DNA of 43,874 bases, taken from positions 41,848,198 to 41,892,071 of the forward strand of contig NC_068986.1 in assembly GCF_001194135.2 (NCBI RefSeq), written 5' to 3'. A program made the position numbers and the translations under genes. Below, in pieces: positions 36,635-43,874 of the stretch; within the stretch, counting starts at the first letter, position 1, and each line of letters opens with the position of its first letter. Below the pieces are notes generated by a model. The model did no database searches. It worked only from the letters and a program-made list of their open reading frames with translations, and was not told the origin of the DNA. This stretch comes from Octopus bimaculoides (Eukaryota).

Positions 36635-36718
36635 GGTGCAGAATCAGAAAACGAATGTGATAAACAGAGCATGTGTATGACACGTTTAGTACAGAGAAGA
36701 ATGTCAGCTCAACTTACG
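36635..36718 (+). CDS. Exon E: 84-nt symmetric (phase 0-0) exon
   Basis: Acceptor tttttatactacag|GGT, donor ACG|gtacgt; GAESENECDKQSMCMTRLVQRRMSAQLT continues in frame into LQSIQKQ of the next exon. Confidence 0.72.
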
Positions 36719-36845
36719 GTACGTAACTCTTGTTTGGTTGTTGTCACAATAAAGGTTACAATTTCACAAGTATTTACATGTCAATATAGTTGCTATCTTT
36801 CCAAAGTTGGGTAATTAATACTGATTCTAGCTTACAACAACAACA

Positions 36846-36990
36846 GTGGTAAGTAGCTTGCTTACCAACCACATGGTTCCGGGTTCAGTCCCACTGCGTG
36901 GCACCTTGGGCAAGTGTCTTCTACTGTAGCCTCTGGTCGACCAAAGCCTTGTGAGTGGATTTGGTAGACGGAAACTGAAAGGAGCCCGTC

Positions 36991-37036
<46 letters not shown>

Positions 37037-37220
37037 TTGTGTGTCTGTGTTTGTCCCCCCACTATCGCTTGACAACCGATGCTGGTGTGTTTACGTCCCC
37101 GTAATTTAGCGGTTCGGCAAAAAGAGACCGATAGAATAAGTACTAGGCTTCCTCGATTTTCTCGACTAAAGGCGGTGCCCCAGTATGGCCGTAGACAAAT
37201 GACTGAAACGAGTAAAAGAG
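36846..37220 (+). mobile_element. SINE family 1, CpG-intact copy
   Basis: ccactgcgtggcacc, ggtcgacc, gtagacgg, cccgtcg retained; slightly 5'-truncated; (AAT)n follows. Confidence 0.88.
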
Positions 37221-37222
37221 AG

Positions 37223-37260
<38 letters not shown>

Positions 37261-37385
37261 TGATGATAATAATTAATTCGTTTTATTGGCCACAAGGGCT
37301 AATATCAATTAAAAACATGTAAGGACAAAGACAGGACGAAGGTTACAAAAGGTTTTGTACGAAAAGGCAGGAAAGTGTATTATTG

Positions 37386-38071
37386 TTAATGCAAGGGATG
37401 TAACTCTTGAATATAGAAAAGTTGTGTCTGGTGCAAGGGAGATAACTTTTAAATGTAGGCAATTAAGGAAATAATACACTGTGGTAATGAATTCGTTACT
37501 TATAAACAAATAGGTACAGTGTATGACATTTTGTGTCCAACCTTCCGCTCCCTGTGTAAAAGAAAAAAAATTTTAAATTACTAAATCAGCTGCTTAATCT
37601 AGGGAAAAACATCGTATCTTTGTTCGTATGACACAGCTTTACATTTCGATTCAAAGAGCCTTTATATCACTTTAATGGTAAAAGACTGCATTAAGAAAGT
37701 GACTGTTTTGCATCCGAGCAACATGATCATAATAGTCTGTGACGCTTGGATAGCACTGATTTTACATCGAGACAGGAATTCTGTTGCGTGTGCGTGCGAA
37801 AAAAACATATGCGATTATAGTGTGGCAATATCAGTCGTGCCCCCTTATCAACACTGGTCCTATTGGTTGGAAGTGCGTGCTTGTGTGTGTGGTTGCGGAC
37901 GAATAAGCTCCGCAGAATAATTCAATCTTCAAATAATTTTGTTGTGATATGAATGAGCAAGACAATTTTGAACGTCTATTCAAAGAAAGCTTAATTGCCT
38001 ACATTAAAAAGTTATCTCCCTTGCACCACACACAACCTTTCTATATTCAAGAGTTACCTCCCTTGCATTAA
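37386..38071. repeat. 82-bp inverted repeat, arms 37386-37467 and 37990-38071
   Basis: 78/82 identity by manual alignment, no gaps; spacer 522 bp. Confidence 0.92.
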
Positions 38072-38340
38072 ATACAATTTTTGGATGTCGTGCTGCTACT
38101 GTTTATACCTCGCTCAGAGATTTATTATTGCTTGTTTCCACTTTTTCGAGACCAGTGACGAAAAGTATATATATATATATATATATTTGCATTGAGAACC
38201 ACTTCCCATCGCCAACCGGTGGTTGTCACACGCTGATGACGAGTCAATATCCAGAAACTCAGGTCCGTGTGTATCACATCAGGCTGGAAATGGTAAGATG
38301 ACTTCCCTTTGCAAATACCGATAGAGCACAGAAGGTGTGT
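37690..38340 (+). mobile_element. Penelope-like element 3' end: decayed GIY-YIG endonuclease plus 3' region
   Basis: Frameshifted mosaic C.ASE-NMIIIVCDA, YI-ETGILLRVR, RAPLST, CGR, SIF, ERLFKESLI..IKK..P, followed by a hammerhead motif. Confidence 0.6.
38219..38277 (+). ncRNA. Minimal type I hammerhead ribozyme motif (stem II degenerate)
   Basis: Stem I CACACG 38227-32 / CGTGTG 38266-71 plus distal GTGGT/ATCAC helix; CTGATGA 38233-39; GAAA 38254-57; 2-bp stem III with 4-nt loop; GTC cleavage triplet 38263-65. Confidence 0.68.
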
Positions 38341-38804
38341 CAATAGCCAGCTAGAGGAGATGTCTTCAAGGGGTTACAAGCTACAGTAGCATCAACCCTT
38401 AAGGATTAGCCACATTTAGGTGGCAAATATACTTCACGAGTGAGTAATTATTTTAGATTTAATGCAGCGAATATTAAAAAGCCGATCAGAAATAATTATA
38501 TGCGTAGAGAAAAAAAAAAAAAAAAATTCGTTTGTTTCAACAAATGCCGGAGACAACGGATGACCAAGATATACATGTGCTTTTAATGTCCAATGCCATC
38601 TACATTAGAACCTTGACTTTTAATTCATAGTTAGAGTTTTTACTTAATGATATTTTTGTTTCAATAAAGCCTATGAAATATGTACCGCTTATTCACCAGA
38701 CTTTCAAACGACTCCTCGCCATATTCTGTACCATTTCAAATTATGCGTACTTGCAGTTACCTCCCATATATTTCTAGTATCTTACTACCAACTACGGATT
38801 AACT

Positions 38805-39010
38805 TCGGTAAAGCATGTCTTAAATGCCAGGCAAAAATGCTTAATGGCATTTCGTCCGTCTCCACTTTCTGAGTTAAAAATTCCTCTGAGGTCAAATTTG
38901 CCTGTCATCCTTTCAAGGCAGATAAGATAAGTACCAGTTGAGTACTAAGGTCGATGTAATTGACTTACCTACTGCTCCGAAATTTGTGGTTTTGTGCAAA
39001 ATTTGAAATC
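38805..39010 (+). mobile_element. SINE family 2
   Basis: aaatgcttaatggcatttcgtccgtc...ttctgagtt...aagtaccagttgag. Confidence 0.75.
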
Positions 39011-39032
39011 ACTATATAAGATACAAAGAGTA

Positions 39033-39290
39033 GAGGCGCGTGGCTTAGTGGTTAGGGTGTCAGCACCATGGTCGTAAGATTGTGGTTTCGATTCCTGGAC
39101 CGGGCGACGCGTTGTGTTCTTGAGCAAAACACTTCATTTCACGTTGCTCCAGTTCACTCAGCTGGCAAAAATGAGTAACACTGTGATGGACTGGCATCCC
39201 GTCCAGCTGGGGAACACATACACCATTGAAACCGGGAAACCGGGCCCATGAGCCTGGCTAGGCTTTAAAAGGGCGCATTTATTTTTATTT
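39033..39290 (+). mobile_element. tRNA-derived SINE, CpG-intact
   Basis: gaggcgcgtggcttagtgg (A box), ggtttcgattcc (B box). Confidence 0.85.
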
Positions 39291-39448
39291 ATTTTATATA
39301 AGATATAATTCCCATGACAGTCATAGTTCAAATTATTCAAGATTTTCGAATTAAATTGAAAATTTCATTCTATTTTTCTCTAATGATTTTTCACTATCCT
39401 CAGTTATTTCTACAGCTGATAGTGTCTCAACAAACATACCTTAACCTC

Positions 39449-39660
39449 TATTGGTTTCAAAGTTTAGCCCAAGGACAGCAGTTTAGCGGGAGGGAGTAAG
39501 TCGATTATATTGATCCCAGTGTTCAACTGCTACTTATTTTATTGAACCTGAAAGGATGAAAAGCAAAGTTGATCTTGGTGGAATTTGATACTTAGAATGA
39601 GTGAAATGCTGCTAGGCATTTTGCCCAGTGCCCTAATGATTTTGCCACCCTGCCATCTTA
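39449..39660 (-). mobile_element. SINE family 2
   Basis: Reverse complement of the family unit. Confidence 0.75.
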
Positions 39661-39764
39661 AATGCAACCAGTATTGACATTTGTATAGAAGTTTTTAATT
39701 AAGATCCATCTGTCACAGAGCAGAAGTACGCAAGAAGACCTGTCTACTACAGCAGAATTGATAT

Positions 39765-39927
39765 CGGTGCTGGTGCCATGTTAAAAAGCACCCAGTACAC
39801 TCTATGTAGTGGTTGGCATTAGGAAGGGCATCCAGCCATAGAAATCATGCCAGAACAGACAATGGAGCCTGTCATACCATCCAACCCATGCCAGCATGGA
39901 AAATGTACATTAAATGATAATGATAAT
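39765..39927 (+). mobile_element. Retroposon family 3
   Basis: ggttggcattaggaagggcatccagcc...aacccatgccagcatggaaaat. Confidence 0.78.
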
Positions 39928-39930
39928 GTG

Positions 39931-39963
<33 letters not shown>

Positions 39964-39996
39964 TTGTGTGTATGTATTTGTATGTGCGTGTATGTA

Positions 39997-40046
<50 letters not shown>
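39926..40046. repeat. (TG)n-rich microsatellite
   Basis: Direct reading. Confidence 0.95.
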
Positions 40047-40047
<1 letters not shown>

Positions 40048-40275
40048 GGATCTCGGAGTAGCTAAAGCTGTACATAATAGCATGTAAATATTTGATTGAA
40101 AAGCCCTTTTGGATACAAAATGTTAAAGGATATCTATGAGCAGCTATTATCTATAGCTTTATGTGCTTCAAGATCCACTGTTCCAAAAAACGAATTACTT
40201 CATGTTTATTTGAAAGTTTATAAAATTGTTATGAAATAGTTCAAGTATTTATTGTTTATATAATTATTTTTGCAG

Positions 40276-40926
40276 TTACAATCAATTCAGAAACAGATCA
40301 ACAGTCACAGCAAGAAATCTCTATTTGGTTTTGGAGGTGGAAACAAAAAGAAAGGAAACGTAAACCAAAAACATCATTTGGCTAACCAAGTTGAAGAACT
40401 GAATAATGAACTTGAACAAATAGATCGCTCTCTTCACCAGCACTGTACTGACCATCCAGAAATGGCTATACAGTCCAATGCTCATCTTCTCTCACCGGAC
40501 TCACAAACTAAGCAAAGCAGTGGTATTAAACATATCAGTAGCATTTCAAAATCTTTCCATATTAGCTCAAAATCTCGTCTTGGATTGATGCGTCCAGTGA
40601 AATTGCGGAACAATCGTTTGACAAAAGAGAATCGCTTCAGCACACCACCAGTCTTATTAAATTCTTGGGGTACAGAATCACCTAATGTTAATTCAAATTT
40701 AAATCAGACTTCGCCTAATTCCTCAGAGAACATGTTTCTGAAATCTTTAGACTTGGCAGATAATGCTACAAAAACATTGTCACATTGTAGTCAATCTGAC
40801 CCTAAACGAAACAGCCATCACTCATATACAACAGACCAAATGGAACATTTAAATAACCTAAAAACAAATTCTTCTCATAAGAAGTCCAATTTAAAGATAA
40901 GTTCTGATGCATTGTCAGAAATTGAG
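40276..40926 (+). CDS. Exon F: coiled coil then Ser/Asn-rich low-complexity region
   Basis: Acceptor ttatttttgcag|TTA, donor GAG|gtaatt; 217 open codons, the longest genuine ORF in the window. Confidence 0.9.
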
Positions 40927-41674
40927 GTAATTTATATATTCTTTCTTTTCTTCTTTCCTTGTAAATTTTTTTGTGGGGTTTATATTTCAGAAGTTTTATT
41001 TCTCTGCATTTTGAAGTATTCTATATAGGATTAATAAAAAAAGTACAATAAGAGGTGTAACATAGTATCTAAATATGTTGAAATGAAATACGCATATCCG
41101 CTTCTTGGAGGTGGGGTATGGTTGGAATTTATATCTCCGTCACACATTATTGTATTCAGATAAAAATTAAGTCGGGCTAAATTGAAAATACGCAATTTTA
41201 CATTTCAAAATATAACCTTGAGCTGGTGTCCTATTTTTTTTAAATGTCTGTCTTTATTTTATTCTTTTGCTGGACTGTGACTTTGTTAGTGCACTGCTTC
41301 AAAGTTTGTTTTTCTTTAGTCATATCAACCCAGTACCTATTTTTCAGTTTAGTATTTATGTAGCTGATTTAATTTTATTGAATAACTGTCTTTCACTTTC
41401 TTGATAGATCAGAGATATTTTAGTTAGTGGTGTTGCGGCGGACAGACTGGTGGGTGGTGAGAAAACTAGGAAAGCACTAGATTAACTATATCATAGTGTT
41501 TCATTACAACCCTTTATTCTTCTAGTATAAATCCTGTGGATGTTGGATATTTTATTTTTGCGGGATCAAATATGGATCAGAGAAATACTGAGGTTGATTT
41601 AATAGTTTTCATCCTTTTCCCAACATGTGTGGCCAAGTTTTCATTATTAAAGTTCATTACAGAGCAGTGGACAA

Positions 41675-41850
41675 AATGTTTGTTTGGCAGCATTTCTTAT
41701 GGCTCCTTACATTGAGTTCAAATCCTGCCAAGGTCAACTTTACTTTTCATCCTTCTGAAGTTGATAAAATATGTACCAATTGAGCCCTGGTGTTGATAAA
41801 ATCAACTAACACCCACCCATAAAATTACAGGCGTTGTGCTAAAATTTGAT
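41675..41850 (+). mobile_element. SINE family 2, partial
   Basis: gagttcaaatcctgccaaggtcaactttacttttcatcc. Confidence 0.7.
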
Positions 41851-41879
41851 TGACTTATTTTAACAGCTTATTATTTTAA

Positions 41880-42290
41880 CACCACCAGTTCCAGCTTTGT
41901 CTTTCTAAGATGTCTGCAGCACTTTTTACATTCTGCTTGTATGCTACAATGGTTTTATTTTGTTGTGGCATTCATTTTGTTGTTTCTGGTGTTACCTTAG
42001 TATCCCATCTGATTGATGTGTAGAATAGGTTCAAAGTGGGTAGTGCTGTTATTTTGTTGGATAGTCTTTGTGTTTGATATTTACAATGTGGTTTGTGTTA
42101 TACCTGTGTGTATGTGTGCTTTAGTTGGTATGGTGTATGTTGAGTACATTATCCATGACTTGCCATTATATAATTGGCTGTTAACTGTTGGGTATAGTCT
42201 GTGTGAAGTGTTAGTCATATGTAAAAAGTGCTATAATGTCTATTATATAAAATTATTGGGTGATGTCTATGCAAAAAATGAGTTGTGAAG
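41880..42290 (-). pseudogene. Second Penelope-like GIY-YIG endonuclease relic
   Basis: Minus strand: NRH..., HMTN, NGKSWIMY...HIHTGITQTTL*...NSTT, AYKQNVKKCC...KLEL (cf. NGKC..IIY..YIG.T..TFK..NSTT..AY..KKC..C..EKLEI). Confidence 0.5.
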
Positions 42291-42304
42291 TTGGCCTGGT
42301 GAAT

Positions 42305-42455
42305 CATCATAATCATTGTTTAACATCTGCTTTCCATGCTAGCATGGGTGGGATGGTTTCACAAGAGCTGGCTAGGCAGAAGCCTGCACCAGACTTCTGT
42401 GACTGTTTTGGTAGGATTCTTACAGCTGGATGCTCTTCCTAACACCAACCATTTA
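42305..42455 (-). mobile_element. Retroposon family 3
   Basis: catcataatcattgtttaacatctgctttccatgctagcatggg...gctggatgctcttcctaacacc. Confidence 0.75.
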
Positions 42456-42670
42456 GCAAAGCGAATCAGAATATAAATTTGCAGGCTCTGGAGTTACACT
42501 TTTGTTTGTATTCTTCTTTATCATATTTTGTGGTCCAATTCTTAATGATATGCTTTTTACTGCCATCCTGTTAATTTCTGTTTTGATAATTTCTTCATTA
42601 TCATTTAGTTGGAAGGGATCAAGATACCTATCAGTATAGAGGTATTTATTCCTGTCTTTGATATCTAAAG

Positions 42671-43162
42671 CAGGAATGTCAAACTACAGAGTATTTATGG
42701 GCTGCATTGCTCACATACTTGTTGCCACAAGGTCCACATATTTTTAAACACACATTTACAACAAATATTTCAGTCATATCAATTCTTTATTATTAAGTAA
42801 AGATTTTTTAAAACCTTTTATTTGCTCATTAGTAATACTATTTTTGTTAATTAAATTATTATTTTTATGATTAAAATTTTTTTTTGGCTCCCCATTTTTA
42901 AACTTTAAGCAATCCAATTGCTGTCAAATTTAATGCTTATTTATTTGCACAGTCTTGAATTAATCATGCATTATCTTACAGCTTTGAGATTTTGATGATG
43001 TAATTGTGTATTTTTAGAATAACATTGTAGAGTAGGAATGACAAACTGTATCTAATCTATTTAAATGCTAATGGCTTAGACATTTAGCTATGCTACATGC
43101 GGGTCACATTTGTGTTTGAAAAAGCTGCATGCAGCGTGCAAGTCACATGTTTGATATACCTG
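42671..43162 (+). mobile_element. hAT-type MITE containing a nested family 5 MITE (about 42905-43080)
   Basis: TIR CAGGAATGTCAAAC / GTTTGATATACCTG (12/14); 8-bp TSD atctaaag / atctagag (7/8). Confidence 0.75.
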
Positions 43163-43547
43163 ATCTAGAGTATTTAATTTATTTCTCAGTCAGTTTGTTC
43201 AAAACTATCATAGCTAGATCATTGTTGTATACCCTGTTTGGCAAACGTTTCATGTTTAAGTGTTGGCATGGGATCCATCAGACACTGCTATTATTGTCAG
43301 TATTATTATTATTATCAGTTCTTCTACTACTACTACTACTACATAACTGTATCCAGGGTGTTTAGGGTATGCTTTTACATCACATTCCAGAAAATAATAT
43401 CTGTTTGGGTCCTCCTGAGTCTTAAGCTAACTGCAGTTAGACTTCAAATGAATATTATTTTTTCTGATGGAATATAAGTTGTATCACAATCTTTGGATAC
43501 TAATTCATTAATTAATGCAATTTAAATGCCTATTTATTTATTTTCAG

Positions 43548-43613
43548 GCATTTGAAGAACTTTCCAAAAAATATTTCACCAAGCAGACGATGCCACCAAG
43601 TTCCAATGCTTGA
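43548..43613 (+). CDS. Terminal coding exon G with stop
   Basis: Acceptor tttattttcag|GCA (phase 0); AFEELSKKYFTKQTMPPSSNA then TGA at 43611-43613. Confidence 0.7.
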   Translation, partial: AFEELSKKYFTKQTMPPSSNA

Positions 43614-43874
43614 CTTGATTGTCCTTCCCATTAAAAAAAAAATGACATTGGTGCGAGTCGAGTTCCAAAGAATCAAAGAAGATAATTTGTAAAGATTTCT
43701 TGGAAGATTCTTTTATAATTCAATTACCTGACTTCCAAATCAAACAGATTTCTATTCTGATGTAATTATGTTAAAATCTGAACATCTTACATAGGAGAAA
43801 ATGAAAACCTTCCTAATTCTGATTCTGTAAAATTTGATTAGGAGTATATATATATATATATATAATTTTATTCT
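43614..43874 (+). other. Probable 3' UTR (continues beyond window)
   Basis: Follows the stop of exon G; no AATAAA seen before the window end. Confidence 0.45.

Larger units (their letters stand above)
16041..43613 (+). other. Spliced gene model: PH-domain plus coiled-coil protein, 7 exons, 1551 nt, 516 aa (possibly 5'-incomplete)
   Basis: join(16041-16363,26478-26634,32642-32795,34400-34515,36635-36718,40276-40926,43548-43613). All introns are GT-AG, phases 2,0,1,0,0,0 match, no internal stop. The PH domain assembles across exons 1-3 (MSGYLERRTSLEEWSK|FWFVLKGNVLYCY...IDL...FMFQITTK|NGSCSEYCASTEGSLTNWMNHL). Family not recognised. Confidence 0.85.

Noticed and set aside
37270-37310. Similarity between this minus-strand tail (ccttgtggcca...ATT) and family 2 SINE 3' ends
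   Set aside because: Only about 10 matching bases; too short to claim a SINE-LINE partnership.
39033-39110. tRNA-like sequences (also 7816, 30249, 31428)
   Set aside because: A and B boxes are present but run into repeat bodies without a proper acceptor stem; SINE heads, not tRNA genes.
40927-41028. Extension of the 252-aa ORF past the donor site
   Set aside because: Pyrimidine-rich intronic read-through after GAG|gtaatt; the hydrophobic tail is a T-rich artefact, though intron retention is not excluded.
41620-41675. Minus-strand CTGTAATGA...GAAAAC downstream of the second Penelope relic
   Set aside because: Core is interrupted and stem I does not pair; insufficient support.

Overview
AT-rich, repeat-dense eukaryotic genomic DNA with six N gaps (2372-2795, 7749-7800, 10959-11701, 13839-13848, 15289-15485, 18022-18377). 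Microsatellite style and SINE families look like octopus (inference from recognition, not verified by search). The window holds a + strand intron-rich gene. Seven exons with canonical GT/AG sites and matching phases (16041-16363, 26478-26634, 32642-32795, 34400-34515, 36635-36718, 40276-40926, 43548-43613) join into a 516-aa ORF with a PH domain, a predicted coiled coil and a Ser/Asn-rich tail; its 5' end is probably missing. The introns contain many tRNA-derived SINEs, a dead DD37D Tc1/mariner transposon, hAT-, piggyBac-, pogo- and mariner-type MITEs, and RTE, mariner and Penelope-like relics. Best second-look items: a minimal type I hammerhead ribozyme motif (38219-38277) behind a decayed GIY-YIG endonuclease, two long intronic inverted repeats, and a CpG-retaining zone at about 36.5-41.6 kb. 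Most ORFs in the supplied track are microsatellite, gap or SINE artefacts. All alignments and counts were done by eye; repeat boundaries are approximate. No clearly new biological system is demonstrated.
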